From an uncultured Ruminococcus sp. (GTDB lineage: Bacteria > Bacillota > Clostridia > Oscillospirales > CAG-272): a stretch of DNA of 64,000 nucleotides. Shown here one piece after another: positions 42,886-53,297 of this stretch; the stretch's first letter is position 1; every line of letters begins with the position of its first letter. The position numbers were made by a program, and so were the translations under genes. The notes beneath the pieces were generated by a model. That model made no database searches and was not told the origin of the DNA. It worked only from the letters and a program-made list of their open reading frames with translations. The DNA lies in contig CAJKRH010000001.1 in NCBI GenBank assembly GCA_905202255.1, positions 18,940 through 82,939 on the forward strand. The letters run 5' to 3'.

Positions 42886-44122
42886 GGTATAATTGTTCCT
42901 TTCCGGGCGCATACGAAGTTAGTTCCGGCACTCTTCTCGCCGTTACAACACTGAAGATCACATATATGATAAAGAAAGAATTGGAATATATCGGGTTGCC
43001 CGACATTCCATACACAAGCATCAGCAACTGTACATAGATCGACATAGGCTCTCTTCTCCGGATTGCGCCAACCAGATTATAGAGGAAAAACATGACATAA
43101 ATCAAAGCACCTATCACGCCGTGGTCATAAAACAACTGCAAATAAATATTATGCAATCCCGCATCATATACCGTATAAGCAGAACCCGTTCCCATTCCGA
43201 AAATTGCATTCCGAAATGCCTCGATCGCACTTTTCCAGATTTCGCTTCTTCCCGTCGTAATGTCGCCGTCGGCACTATCAAATCTTTCTATGAACACCCG
43301 AACGATTGCATTTTGTTGGCTTACCAAAAAGAGGACAATTGCGCACGCGACAATCAGCAAAATCATTTTGACCATGGTCTTCGCGGACACCCTTTTCCAA
43401 ATCATATAAGTCATCACCAACGCGATCAATAAAGCAACCGCCACGCCTCGTTTGCTGGTCAAAATCACGGCGAAAACCGACAATCCCCCCACGACCAGTC
43501 GAAACACCTTGTCCCAAATCGGCATTTCGGGATTCTGCAACCATCCGAATATCATAAATCCGAACAGCACGGCAACAAAATACGCAGCATCTGCCGTATA
43601 GGCGGAAAAGCCCGCATATGCGCCGTCCACAGTATACGACCACATCAAGTGTTCATAGCAGTCCGCCCGAAGCAGATTGCCCAAAAGGCTGTTGACCGCA
43701 TCGCTGAACAGATATTGAAACATCACGCCGAACAGAACGACAAAAGAACATACGCAAACGATTTTCTTCAGTTTGCCAAGCAAAGTGTTGTCTTGTGCAA
43801 GCGCAATGAGGAAAACAAACGTCACGGCAGTAAGAATTGCCTCTCTGTTTCCTTTCGCCGGATTGTCTGTATAAATGACTCCCACCGCCGAAACCAACGT
43901 AACCAGACCCATCAGCAACATCTGCGTTGACAGGTATATCTTCTGACCGAAAAACAGCCACACAACAAGACCCGCAAAAGCGATATACAAAAAAAACGTA
44001 GAACTGAACGGATACGCAAACTGGTAACAAAAAACATATAACACCAGTGAAAGGATGGCAGGATACGCAATAATGCCGTTTTTTACGCTGGGGACAATCT
44101 TTGCTTTCATATTATGATTCAT
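42857..44122 (-). CDS. wzy: Wzy-type O-antigen/repeat-unit polymerase
   Basis: 421 aa and highly hydrophobic, with about 10-12 TM helices and one larger loop. Cluster context supports the call. Confidence 0.65.
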   Translation of the reverse strand: MNHNMKAKIVPSVKNGIIAYPAILSLVLYVFCYQFAYPFSSTFFLYIAFAGLVVWLFFGQKIYLSTQMLLMGLVTLVSAVGVIYTDNPAKGNREAILTAVTFVFLIALAQDNTLLGKLKKIVCVCSFVVLFGVMFQYLFSDAVNSLLGNLLRADCYEHLMWSYTVDGAYAGFSAYTADAAYFVAVLFGFMIFGWLQNPEMPIWDKVFRLVVGGLSVFAVILTSKRGVAVALLIALVMTYMIWKRVSAKTMVKMILLIVACAIVLFLVSQQNAIVRVFIERFDSADGDITTGRSEIWKSAIEAFRNAIFGMGTGSAYTVYDAGLHNIYLQLFYDHGVIGALIYVMFFLYNLVGAIRRREPMSIYVQLLMLVYGMSGNPIYSNSFFIIYVIFSVVTARRVPELTSYAPGKEQLYHESRNFNFS

Positions 44123-45215
44123 TCCTTATTCTCACACACAATAATTTTAACAGCACCTCAAGATTGTTCTTCCATAAAAAGTTTTTCTGATAGTATTCGG
44201 ATATCGCCGTTTCGGACACCGAAAAATCCGCACTGTTAAACCGGCGCAAAATTTCCGACAACTCCTCCACCGATCTGAACACATACCCCGTCTTTTCTTC
44301 TATCACATTTTCCGTCAGCCCGCGCAGATTGGAAACCACAACCGACTTACCGAATTTGTATGCAATGGGCAGAACGCCGCTTTGAGAAGCTTCTGTATAA
44401 GGCATTATAACCGACACGGCGTTTTGGAAAAGCCACACCATTTCACTGTCGGTGATAAAACGGATAATCGACGTGATGCGGCATTCGGATTGAATCAAGC
44501 GGCTTTCCTCTTCGGATAGCTGTCCTTTTCCGGCGATGATCAATCCGGTTTTGGCTTTGAGGTCTTCCGCCAATGCGCTGTATGCACGACAAAGTGTGTC
44601 GATTCCTTTATATTTGTCAATCCGCCCGAAGAACAAAAAGAAATTCTTTTCCTCATCTCCGATTTCCGGCGGCTTTTGCGGTACCATTTCCGGAACATGA
44701 GCCGGCAACCGGAACACCACCGTATTCTTCGCCCCGTATTCCTTTCGGAACGCCTCCTCGGAATTAGCGGAAAGCAAAATGATTTTATCAGTACATTTTA
44801 TGGTTTTCCGGGTCATTCGCCTACGAAGAACATCGACCAAAATTCTTCTTGCCCCCATTTTCCGGTACGGATGATGCTGTACATCATGAACCACCATCGC
44901 GGTTCTGACCGCGTTTTGATTCAAAATCTTATTGAGTTGTTGCATCAGAATAGAGTCTTCCGTAAAAATTACGACATCCGGCAAAAGCGACATGATTTGT
45001 TCTGCAACACAAAGAATCTCCTTGCTGTTGCCCTTCAACGTCTTTGCTTTGACATAAGGAACGACGCAGTCCGCGATATCCCGATATAAACTTTCCTCAA
45101 CGACATCCGGCAAGAACAACCTGCAATCTGTCAATGCCTTAGTTTCTCGTGCAATTGATGTTGAAAATTGCAGGATTCCCCCGTTCAATTCTGCCGGTGA
45201 TACGTATACAACCAT
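44112..45215 (-). CDS. GT-B glycosyltransferase (family 4-like)
   Basis: ...FFGRIDKYKGID... and PYTEASQSGVLPIAYKFGKSVVVSNLRGLTE form an E-x7-E-type region. Confidence 0.75.
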   Translation of the reverse strand: MVVYVSPAELNGGILQFSTSIARETKALTDCRLFLPDVVEESLYRDIADCVVPYVKAKTLKGNSKEILCVAEQIMSLLPDVVIFTEDSILMQQLNKILNQNAVRTAMVVHDVQHHPYRKMGARRILVDVLRRRMTRKTIKCTDKIILLSANSEEAFRKEYGAKNTVVFRLPAHVPEMVPQKPPEIGDEEKNFFLFFGRIDKYKGIDTLCRAYSALAEDLKAKTGLIIAGKGQLSEEESRLIQSECRITSIIRFITDSEMVWLFQNAVSVIMPYTEASQSGVLPIAYKFGKSVVVSNLRGLTENVIEEKTGYVFRSVEELSEILRRFNSADFSVSETAISEYYQKNFLWKNNLEVLLKLLCVRIRNES

Positions 45216-45224
45216 ATTTTCTCC

Positions 45225-46130
45225 TCATTCCGATATTTTTTGCAATGCTTTTTTCACAAACGCCCTCTTCGGCTTCCAAAAGCTCTTTTGATAGCTTTCC
45301 CATTTATCAGCATATTCCTTATAGATTTCCTCTCCGAAAAGATCATACATCACTCTGAGCTGTGCGATATGAAGCTTGTGATAGAACGGACTGCAAATGC
45401 GCTTTCCGTCTTCATATCTGCTCCAATATTTCATATCAAAATTCGGAAGCCGCTTTTTCAACGACGCAAGCGTGGCTGCGAGAACATCCTTTGCACTCCC
45501 GTCGTCCGTATATTTGACATAGTCATACAGTCCCCACAGTGAAAAAATCCATCCGTTCAATATAACGGGATTGCAGGTTGCTTCATAAAGAAGCACATCT
45601 CCGTTTTCATATCCGGTCGTGCCACCATCCGGAATCGGTTTCAGCATAAAATTCTTCGCCCTGTTCGCAGCACGGATATATTTTTCCTCCCGGGTCACAA
45701 TATGTGCGCGGATGAGCAGGGAAATTCCCTCTCCCTGTGCCATGGATGAATAGGGATGCTCCGGATTCTTGTAAACAAACGTCACCCAGCCCCCATCCTC
45801 CTGCTGATTATCTACTGCCCAATCGGCACAGGCAAGAAGTTTCTTTTTGTATGTATCCTCGCCCGATTTCAGATACAGGTCATAAGCAGCCAACCCATAT
45901 TGAAAAATTCCGATGGAAAAATATATTTCTTCCCCTGTATCTACGTGATACTTTGGAACAAGTATATCTGGATTATCCCGCGTCACTTTTTCGGTTAAGT
46001 CGTTGTAATATCCTGCCACCTCGGTTTTGGAATAGCAGGTTCCTACGCCTTGGTTCACATGAGAAATACTTTTTCCTGTAAGCATCCTATACCACTTTTT
46101 GATTTTGTAAAGGGAGACCCCCATAATCAA
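45225..46130 (-). CDS. D-glucuronyl C5-epimerase-like protein
   Basis: ...YFSIGIFQYGLAAYDLYLKSGEDTYKKKLLACADWAVDNQQEDGGWV... resembles the C5-epimerase C-terminal domain. It co-occurs with ugd. Confidence 0.55.
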   Translation of the reverse strand: MIMGVSLYKIKKWYRMLTGKSISHVNQGVGTCYSKTEVAGYYNDLTEKVTRDNPDILVPKYHVDTGEEIYFSIGIFQYGLAAYDLYLKSGEDTYKKKLLACADWAVDNQQEDGGWVTFVYKNPEHPYSSMAQGEGISLLIRAHIVTREEKYIRAANRAKNFMLKPIPDGGTTGYENGDVLLYEATCNPVILNGWIFSLWGLYDYVKYTDDGSAKDVLAATLASLKKRLPNFDMKYWSRYEDGKRICSPFYHKLHIAQLRVMYDLFGEEIYKEYADKWESYQKSFWKPKRAFVKKALQKISE

Positions 46131-46666
46131 TTACCTTCTATCCGATCAAGCAATACGCCGACCGCCTTCTCAATCTTATATTTCTCAGCCTCATATAAAC
46201 AAGACTTTTTCTTTTTCAGTATCATAGTCGGATCTGCCGCCACTGCGCTCAGCAACTCTGCAAGCGCAGCATTGTCCCGCGTTTTATAGACATACCCGAC
46301 ATTTTCGTTCACAAGTTCCGTATTGTATTTCCAATCACTTGCAATCACCGGAACGCCCGCAGAATACGCATCAATGAGTGTACCCGCAAAACCTTCCCCC
46401 TCGTAATACGTGGGAAACAACAACGCAAAGTATTCTTTCAGCGTCTCCACACTTCGATCAAACGGTATCAAACCACCGTAACGAATGTAATCCGGAAAGA
46501 TTTTCCGCAATTCCTCAAACCAATCAGTCTGGTTTTCATCCACCTGACCGTATATATCCAAAGAAAATACAGTGCGCCCCAAACTTTGATTAACTTCGAT
46601 CACCGTCTTAACAGCATCTGCAATTCCTTTTTCTTGCATAACACGCGAAAATGTACAAAGTCTCAA
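46127..46666 (-). CDS. Stand-alone C-terminal GT-B half, paralogous to the C-terminal half of the upstream glycosyltransferase
   Basis: (L)RLCTFSRVMQEKGI...LFPTYYEGEGFAGTLIDAYSAGVPVIAS aligns with YKLCTFSRVMREKGI...LFPTHFYTEGIPGTIIDAYAAGIPVISA of ORF 46663..47733. The only start is a TTG with no RBS. See the G9 tract finding. Confidence 0.5.
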   Translation of the reverse strand: MRLCTFSRVMQEKGIADAVKTVIEVNQSLGRTVFSLDIYGQVDENQTDWFEELRKIFPDYIRYGGLIPFDRSVETLKEYFALLFPTYYEGEGFAGTLIDAYSAGVPVIASDWKYNTELVNENVGYVYKTRDNAALAELLSAVAADPTMILKKKKSCLYEAEKYKIEKAVGVLLDRIEGN

Positions 46667-47733
46667 GGGATAGAGGTTATACTCCCCCCCCCGAATTTTT
46701 CTGTAATAATTTGGATTGCAGCTTCGGGCATATAATCCTTAGCTTTTTTTGTACAGTTGGCTTTCATGTCAAGCAGCATTTGTGGATCATGTGCAATGCC
46801 TAACAAGACATTTTCAAATTCATTCTCGTTATCAAACTCATAACCGATACCAGTCACACCTTCATCCACAACGTCAGAATAGCTTTCCCATTTTGCAGAA
46901 ATGACAGGAATACCCGCTGCATATGCGTCAATGATTGTGCCGGGAATTCCCTCAGTATAAAAATGGGTAGGAAAAAGCAATGCAAAATACGGTTGCAATA
47001 TTTCTACGCTTTTATCTGCATCCACACAACCGCAATATCGCACGCCTTCCGGAAAACACTTCTTCAAGCTTTCAAACCACTCTGTTTGCGTAGTATCTAC
47101 TTGACCGTAAATATCCAACGAATATGCTAAATATCCAAGCTGATTGTTTACTTTCTTAATCACATTCATCGCTGTTTCAATGCCCTTTTCTCTCATTACG
47201 CGAGAAAAAGTGCAAAGCTTATACGGCACGCCTTGCGGATAAACGAGTTCATTTTCAGAAAGCACCCTCAGCTTTTTGCAATTCGGCATAACGAACACAT
47301 TTTCAAAGCCGCGGGCATCCAATGCGCTTTTCATGGTGCCTGTTTCCACATAGATTCCGTCGAAATTTTTCAGAGCTTTCGCAAGCCCCTTTCGTTTCGT
47401 CAAAAACTGCGGAAGCCAACCGCCGATCACAACGTAATGCAATTTTCTGCCTTTGAAAAAATGCCGAAAAAAAGATAACAGGGGTGCGTATATCCTCAAT
47501 CCGTTTTGCGCCGGAAAAATCAGAATATTTCTACTGTTTTTCAGTGCGGAAACTGTTTGGAACGGTGCTTTTACAAGCGTTTTCCATCCCCCATGCGTAT
47601 CAAAATTTAAAACCTGTTCCCGCCCGAAGCTTCTTTGCAATTCTTCGGTGATGATTTTGGTTTTTACCGTTTGTCCGTTCAGAAGGGTTTCTCCCCCACC
47701 AAAGTGTCCGAGTACGCTTACCTTTGCCGACAT
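46663..47733 (-). CDS. GT-B glycosyltransferase (family 4-like)
   Basis: 356 aa. The C-terminal half has the GT4 nucleotide-sugar-binding pattern. It ends ...EKFGGGSITSIP. Confidence 0.75.
   Translation of the reverse strand: MSAKVSVLGHFGGGETLLNGQTVKTKIITEELQRSFGREQVLNFDTHGGWKTLVKAPFQTVSALKNSRNILIFPAQNGLRIYAPLLSFFRHFFKGRKLHYVVIGGWLPQFLTKRKGLAKALKNFDGIYVETGTMKSALDARGFENVFVMPNCKKLRVLSENELVYPQGVPYKLCTFSRVMREKGIETAMNVIKKVNNQLGYLAYSLDIYGQVDTTQTEWFESLKKCFPEGVRYCGCVDADKSVEILQPYFALLFPTHFYTEGIPGTIIDAYAAGIPVISAKWESYSDVVDEGVTGIGYEFDNENEFENVLLGIAHDPQMLLDMKANCTKKAKDYMPEAAIQIITEKFGGGSITSIP
46684..46692 (-). repeat. G9 homopolymer (C9 on the + strand) at the junction of the two glycosyltransferase ORFs
   Basis: On the + strand ACTCCCCCCCCCGAA. 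The tract encodes GGG at the C-terminal end of ORF 46663..47733. Confidence 0.95.
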
Positions 47734-47737
47734 AAAG

Positions 47738-48499
47738 TCACCCCTTTACATATCTGATTTTTTTCAGAACACCCCAGAACAGATTCCTGAGAGTAAGAGC
47801 GACAGAAACAAGCGGACTTCTCTTTTCCGCCTCCCGATACAGTTTATAGTGCCATTTAATCAGTTTTGTGTATCCGTGATTGCTGATGGAACCGCTCCGT
47901 TTTCTGTACTTTGCGAGCACCTCATCCAAAAGATAGCAATCCGCCTTTTTACATGCTTTCAGCCACATAGCATAGTCGTTGTTCTTTTTGATGTCCGCAA
48001 TCTGAATTAACCCAATGGTTTCCGCGTCATACATCACCGTCAGGCATCCCATCCAACAATAATTATACATGCCATGTCGGGTGACTTTCTTCGGTCCTGT
48101 CACGCTCCGCCCGTTCGGATTGGTGGTTTCATCTATTTCAATATAGTTCGTATAGGAAAAGTGGTAGTCATTTTTCTTCATAAATGAAATTTGTTTTTCC
48201 AACTTTTCCGGAAACCACAAATCATCACTGTCAAGAAACGCAACCCATTTTCCTTTTGCTTCACGCAATGCGCGGTTTCTGGATACCGCCGCTCCGCTGT
48301 TTTTTTCGTTTTTTATGTAACGAATCCGATCATCCACAAGATAGGGGCAAACAACCGCATCAGTATCATCGGTTGAGCAATCATCCACAATGATCAATTC
48401 CCAATTCGGATAAGTTTGCGCCAATACAGATTCTATCGTTTCGGATATAAATTTTGCCGTGTTGTACGACGGCATAATGATGGAAACCAATTCGTTCAT
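47738..48499 (-). CDS. GT-A family 2 glycosyltransferase
   Basis: MNELVSIIMPSYNTAKFISETIESVLAQTYPNWELIIVDDCSTDDT...LDSDD. Confidence 0.85.
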   Translation of the reverse strand: MNELVSIIMPSYNTAKFISETIESVLAQTYPNWELIIVDDCSTDDTDAVVCPYLVDDRIRYIKNEKNSGAAVSRNRALREAKGKWVAFLDSDDLWFPEKLEKQISFMKKNDYHFSYTNYIEIDETTNPNGRSVTGPKKVTRHGMYNYCWMGCLTVMYDAETIGLIQIADIKKNNDYAMWLKACKKADCYLLDEVLAKYRKRSGSISNHGYTKLIKWHYKLYREAEKRSPLVSVALTLRNLFWGVLKKIRYVKG

Positions 48500-48939
48500 T
48501 TTTCTTCTCCGTTCCCGAGAATTCTGCACGGTACACCAACGGCAGTTGCCCCATTAGGAATGTCCTTATTGACCAATGTACATGCACCAATCACGGCATT
48601 TTCACCGATCGTAACACCGGTCTTTCCGGATATGACATTCGCCCGCATTCCGATATATGCGCCTTTCTTTATCGTAATCGGGGTGTGTTGCTGATTCCGA
48701 CCGTGACAGGCAAAAAACACGCCATAGGAAATGATACAGTCATCTTCAACAGTAAACATATGCGGTTCCAGATCATCCAGATAGCATCTCATACCGATAA
48801 ATACATTTTTTCCTATGTTATAACCGCAAAGCCGATAGAAGAAAATGCGCCACCCGTTCAGAACCATATGAGGAATGATTTTTGCGCTCATCCACTTGCG
48901 AAAGAAAGCTTTCACCTTTTGCCATAAAGTTTTTTTCAT
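48496..48939 (-). CDS. Hexapeptide-repeat (LbH) acetyltransferase
   Basis: ...IGMRANVISGKTGVTIGENAVIGACTLVNKDIPNGATAVGVPCRIL. Confidence 0.75.
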   Translation of the reverse strand: MKKTLWQKVKAFFRKWMSAKIIPHMVLNGWRIFFYRLCGYNIGKNVFIGMRCYLDDLEPHMFTVEDDCIISYGVFFACHGRNQQHTPITIKKGAYIGMRANVISGKTGVTIGENAVIGACTLVNKDIPNGATAVGVPCRILGNGEEK

Positions 48940-48957
48940 ATATGCTCGCTTCCTTTT

Positions 48958-49653
48958 CTACACATTCAAGAGTTCCCTTGCTTCTTTTTGCTTTTCATCA
49001 TATGTAGCCTGATCAACTTTGCCTTCCATCATAAGCCAGTCACCGTAATCCATATCCGACACCGTGCCTTCGCGAACCGTATCGCTTCTTTTCAGGACTT
49101 TGCCTACTGTCTGAATGATAATTTTCAAATCACCAAGGAAGGTAATACCTCTGTCGATATACAGCAGATCGTATTCAAACTTCTGCTCCCATGTGATGTT
49201 GTTCCGCCCATTCACCTGCGCAAGCCCTGTAAGACCGGGGCACACATCATGGCGGCGGCGTTGTTCGTCGGTCAAGAATACGCAATCCCGAACCAAAAAC
49301 GGTCTCGGACCGACTATAGCTAACTGTCCAAGAACTATATTGACCAAAGACGGCAGTTCGTCAAGAGAAGTACTGCGTAAAAACGCTCCGTAATGTCCGA
49401 GACGCTGGTCGTCAGGGAGAAGTTCTCCGTTTGTCCCGCGTTTGTTACTCATTGAACGCAGCTTGATCAGATAAAAGATTTTTTCGCGTCCATCCTTACC
49501 TTTCTTCCCAGGACGGGGTTGCACAAAGAATGGATTTCCTCTCATAGCAATCGCACCGACTATGATTAAGACCAAAAGGACAGGTGACAGCACAATCAGT
49601 GCAAGCAAAGACAGTGTGAAATCAAAAAATCTTTTCCAAAACTTCGCATACAT
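48958..49653 (-). CDS. Small initiating phosphoglycosyl transferase (bacterial sugar transferase, PglC/WbaP C-domain type)
   Basis: KRFFDFTLSLLALIVLSPVLLVLIIV...LIKLRSM...LDELPSLVNIVLGQLAIVGPRP. Confidence 0.85.
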   Translation of the reverse strand: MYAKFWKRFFDFTLSLLALIVLSPVLLVLIIVGAIAMRGNPFFVQPRPGKKGKDGREKIFYLIKLRSMSNKRGTNGELLPDDQRLGHYGAFLRSTSLDELPSLVNIVLGQLAIVGPRPFLVRDCVFLTDEQRRRHDVCPGLTGLAQVNGRNNITWEQKFEYDLLYIDRGITFLGDLKIIIQTVGKVLKRSDTVREGTVSDMDYGDWLMMEGKVDQATYDEKQKEARELLNV

Positions 49654-49674
49654 ATATGTAACCCCTTGACAAAT

Positions 49675-50952
49675 TTAATTGAAGCAACTCTTGATTATCT
49701 CAATCACCTTTGCCTGATCTTCCTCAGTCATCTTGTTATCGCTCGGCAGACAGCAGCCGCGTTCAAAAATATCCGCACCAATGTCGGTTGCACCGCCTGC
49801 AATATAAGCATTCGTGCGGCAACGGAGCGTACCTTCTCTCCCAACCGCTTCATGCATACGGTACATCGGCTGCATATGCATGGGCTTCCATATCGGTCTG
49901 CCCTCGGCGTTAAGACTTGCAAGTGTCTCTAAAATTTCCGTCGGACAAGTCTTGCCTTTTTCTTTTATGTAGAGTGCCTTGGAATCGTCTCTGACCTGCT
50001 TGCACATATATTCCTTGTCAATAATCAAAGCGGACAGCCAATAATTTGGCACAGCGCCGTCGATAATCGGATTCATGTGAACAGGCAGATCTTTCAGCCC
50101 ATCACGATAACACTCATAAATCGCTTTTTTCTGTGCAATATGTTCTCCCAGATGTGGATACTGTCCGCGGATTACACCGGCGACCACATTGCTCATGCGG
50201 TAGTTGTATCCGACTTCTTCATGCTGATACCACGGGGCATTTTCACGTGCCTGTGTTGACCACTTGCGCACCTTGTTTGCCACCTCAATGTCGTTGGTAA
50301 GTAAGCAACCACCGGCGGAACCCGTGATGATCTTATTGCCGTTGTAACTGATTGCCGAATAATCTCCGAACGAACCGCACTGTTTGCCATTCAGTGTTGC
50401 GCCCATTGCTTCGGCGGCATCTTCAATTAAGAGCGCACCGTGCTTTTCGCAAATCTGCTTGATTAAATCAATGCGTCCGGGAAAACCGTACAGTTCGGCG
50501 CAAACCACAAGCTTGACATCGGGATACATTTCAAACGCCTTTTCGAGCGCGACGGGATCCATGTTCCAGCTATCCGCCTCGGTGTCGATAAACACCGGAA
50601 TGCCGCCCTCGTAAACAACGGGATTGAGCGTCGCATCAAAAGTCATATCCGAGCAGAATACGCGCTTGCCCTCCAATGCGCCGTGGCTGATGGCAGGCTT
50701 TCCGTACAATCTTTCTCCTGCGGATTTCACACAAAGATGAAGTGCTGCCGTACAGCACGAAAGCCCCACCGCATATTTCATCCCGGCTTTCTCGGCAGCA
50801 ATGCGCTCTACTTCGTTGATGTTTGCGCCGACCGTGGACATCCAATTCGTCTCATACGCCTCGGTCATATATTTCAGCTCCTCGCCATGCATTGTCGGCG
50901 TAGCGAGCCATACTTTCTTTTCAAAAGGTATAAATCCCATAATTTCCTCCAC
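49675..50952 (-). CDS. DegT/DnrJ/EryC1-family sugar aminotransferase (PglE-like)
   Basis: ...WLATPTMHGEELKYMTEAYETNW... and a PLP-Lys region AISYNGNKIITGSAGG. Confidence 0.85.
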   Translation of the reverse strand: MEEIMGFIPFEKKVWLATPTMHGEELKYMTEAYETNWMSTVGANINEVERIAAEKAGMKYAVGLSCCTAALHLCVKSAGERLYGKPAISHGALEGKRVFCSDMTFDATLNPVVYEGGIPVFIDTEADSWNMDPVALEKAFEMYPDVKLVVCAELYGFPGRIDLIKQICEKHGALLIEDAAEAMGATLNGKQCGSFGDYSAISYNGNKIITGSAGGCLLTNDIEVANKVRKWSTQARENAPWYQHEEVGYNYRMSNVVAGVIRGQYPHLGEHIAQKKAIYECYRDGLKDLPVHMNPIIDGAVPNYWLSALIIDKEYMCKQVRDDSKALYIKEKGKTCPTEILETLASLNAEGRPIWKPMHMQPMYRMHEAVGREGTLRCRTNAYIAGGATDIGADIFERGCCLPSDNKMTEEDQAKVIEIIKSCFN

Positions 50953-50957
50953 AAATT

Positions 50958-53060
50958 TTATACTGCCGCAAGGCTCTTTTCTTTCTCGTGCTCTTTGCTC
51001 TCGACAAGCTCCATTTGTTCCTCAAAAGTCTCGCCCTTATATTCCGAGCCGTGTTTTCCGGCAGGGTGATAGGTTGTGACGACACCTTCCACCAATGTGC
51101 GGATTTCGTTTTCTTTTCCGGCGTATGCCGCTTCCATGAGCATTTGGAGCTGTCCGAGGAATGTATCTGCGTCAAATGGAATGGGACTGCCGATATGTAT
51201 CAGCTTGTTCGGAGTTGTGCGCATACCTTCTTCGGACATCAACTTTTCTTCATACAGCTTTTCTCCGGGACGAAGTCCTGTATACTCGATTTTGATATCT
51301 ATATCTGGACGCAGGCCAGACAGCTTGATTAAATTTCTTGCGAGCGTGTCGATCTTCACGGGCGAACCCATATCAAGCACAAAAATTTCTCCGCCTTTTG
51401 CATAAGTACCTGCCTGCAAAACGAGCGACGCGGCTTCGGGGATTGTCATGAAATAGCGGATTATATCGGGATGCGTGACCGTTACAGGACCGCCTTTGGC
51501 GATCTGCTCCTTGAAACGCGGCACGACAGAGCCGTTGCTTCCGAGAACGTTGCCGAAGCGTACTGCAACAAATTCGGTTTTTGCGTTTTTTGCAATCTTC
51601 GCAATATCGCGCATACTGCCGTCCTCATCATCGCTGTGAACATGAAGCGGAAGCAATTCATACGCTTTTTTGTCGCGGATTTTGCGGTCAAACAACTGTA
51701 TTATCATCTCGCACAGGCGTTTTGATGCGCCCATGATATTAGTGGGGTTAACCGCCTTATCGGTGGAAATCAGAACAAAGCGTTTGCAGCCGTTTGTCAT
51801 TGCGGCATAGGCAGTTTTATACGTACCGATAGCGTTATTTTTGATTGACTCGCACGGGCTGTCCTCCATAAGAGGAACGTGCTTATGCGCCGCTGCGTGA
51901 TATACAACGTCGGGCTTGTACTTTTCAAAGACCTGATTGATCCGGCGGCTGTCGCGCACCGAACCGATGAGGACTTCCAAATTCAGATTCGGATATTTGT
52001 CTCTCAGCTCCAACTGAATGGCGTGAGCATTGTTTTCGTAAATATCAAAGATGATAAGTTGCTTCGGCTCATGGGACGCAATCTGACGGCACAGCTCACT
52101 GCCGATTGAACCTCCGCCGCCCGTGACAAGAATTGTTTTTCCTTTTATAAAGTCGTAGATTTCCTTCATATCGACTTTAACGGGGGCGCGCCCGAGCAAA
52201 TCTTCCACGGCAACATCTTTCATCTGACTTGCCATTACATTTCCGGTCACAAACTGATACATACCGGGAAGATTTTTCAGTTCGCAGGTCGTTTCCTTAC
52301 AGATATTGAGAACGTCTCTGCGCTCCTCTGCAGTTGCACTCGGAATGGCGAGGAAAATCTTTTCGATTCTGTATTTTTCGACATTCAGCAGAATATCTTC
52401 TCTGCCGCCGACGATCGGAACACCGTCAATAAAGCAACCGCGTTTGTTTTTGTCATCGTCAATGATACAGCACACGCGGTCATGTACTTCTTTTGCGTTC
52501 TGGAGATCACGCAGGATCATTCGCCCTGCCGAACCCGCGCCGATCAGCATAACTCGGCTTGCCGTATTGTCGGTTTGTCTCCACGACATTCTGTTTCGCT
52601 CCAAGTGAATGAAACGATATGCAAAACGCGCTGCCAATGAAAGCATGAATTGAATTGCAATTCCGCCGGCATAATAGACAATGGGCATACGTTCGAACAA
52701 AAGGGTTATGGCTACTGTATGAAATATACCAAGTATCAACGATGCAACTGTCGTTCTCGCGAGTTCTGAAAAGCTTGCATACTTCCAAACGCTTTGATAC
52801 AACTTGAAAAGCCAAAAAACAAAAACACAGGCAAACGCATATAACGGCATAAATTTGAGCCATGCCGCGAAGTATTCATGCGGTATCTGCGTATATTTAC
52901 AGTCAAACCGAATCCAGAGCGCAGCGAGATATGCTCCCGACGACACAACTATATCGTATAGCGCCAAAAAAACCGATGCCATATGAAAATCTTCAAATGA
53001 AGAACGATTCTTCTTGTCGATTGAAACGTTATTTTGCTTTCGCATATTTCTTCTCCCCAT
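50958..53060 (-). CDS. Membrane-bound CapD/PglF-like UDP-sugar 4,6-dehydratase
   Basis: An N-terminal 4-TM segment, two Rossmann regions (MLIGAGSAG; LVTGGGGSIGSEL) and a polysaccharide-biosynthesis-protein core. Confidence 0.85.
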   Translation of the reverse strand: MGRRNMRKQNNVSIDKKNRSSFEDFHMASVFLALYDIVVSSGAYLAALWIRFDCKYTQIPHEYFAAWLKFMPLYAFACVFVFWLFKLYQSVWKYASFSELARTTVASLILGIFHTVAITLLFERMPIVYYAGGIAIQFMLSLAARFAYRFIHLERNRMSWRQTDNTASRVMLIGAGSAGRMILRDLQNAKEVHDRVCCIIDDDKNKRGCFIDGVPIVGGREDILLNVEKYRIEKIFLAIPSATAEERRDVLNICKETTCELKNLPGMYQFVTGNVMASQMKDVAVEDLLGRAPVKVDMKEIYDFIKGKTILVTGGGGSIGSELCRQIASHEPKQLIIFDIYENNAHAIQLELRDKYPNLNLEVLIGSVRDSRRINQVFEKYKPDVVYHAAAHKHVPLMEDSPCESIKNNAIGTYKTAYAAMTNGCKRFVLISTDKAVNPTNIMGASKRLCEMIIQLFDRKIRDKKAYELLPLHVHSDDEDGSMRDIAKIAKNAKTEFVAVRFGNVLGSNGSVVPRFKEQIAKGGPVTVTHPDIIRYFMTIPEAASLVLQAGTYAKGGEIFVLDMGSPVKIDTLARNLIKLSGLRPDIDIKIEYTGLRPGEKLYEEKLMSEEGMRTTPNKLIHIGSPIPFDADTFLGQLQMLMEAAYAGKENEIRTLVEGVVTTYHPAGKHGSEYKGETFEEQMELVESKEHEKEKSLAAV

Positions 53061-53297
53061 AAAACCAATTCATGCTTTTTAAGAGAAGTAAGTTCCCGCT
53101 CCTCCCCGAAAAATTTATTGGCGTTTTGTAACTTATGTTTATACAGTCGTATATTTTTGGCACGACAATCATCCGATGATGATTACTCATCCCCGGCTAA
53201 TTCAACCTCCCTATAAAATTTTGTGTGCTTATTGATTGGGGCAAAATAAGCTATCAAGAAGCCATTTTGATTGTTTCAAAGGCTGTCATTTACCTTT

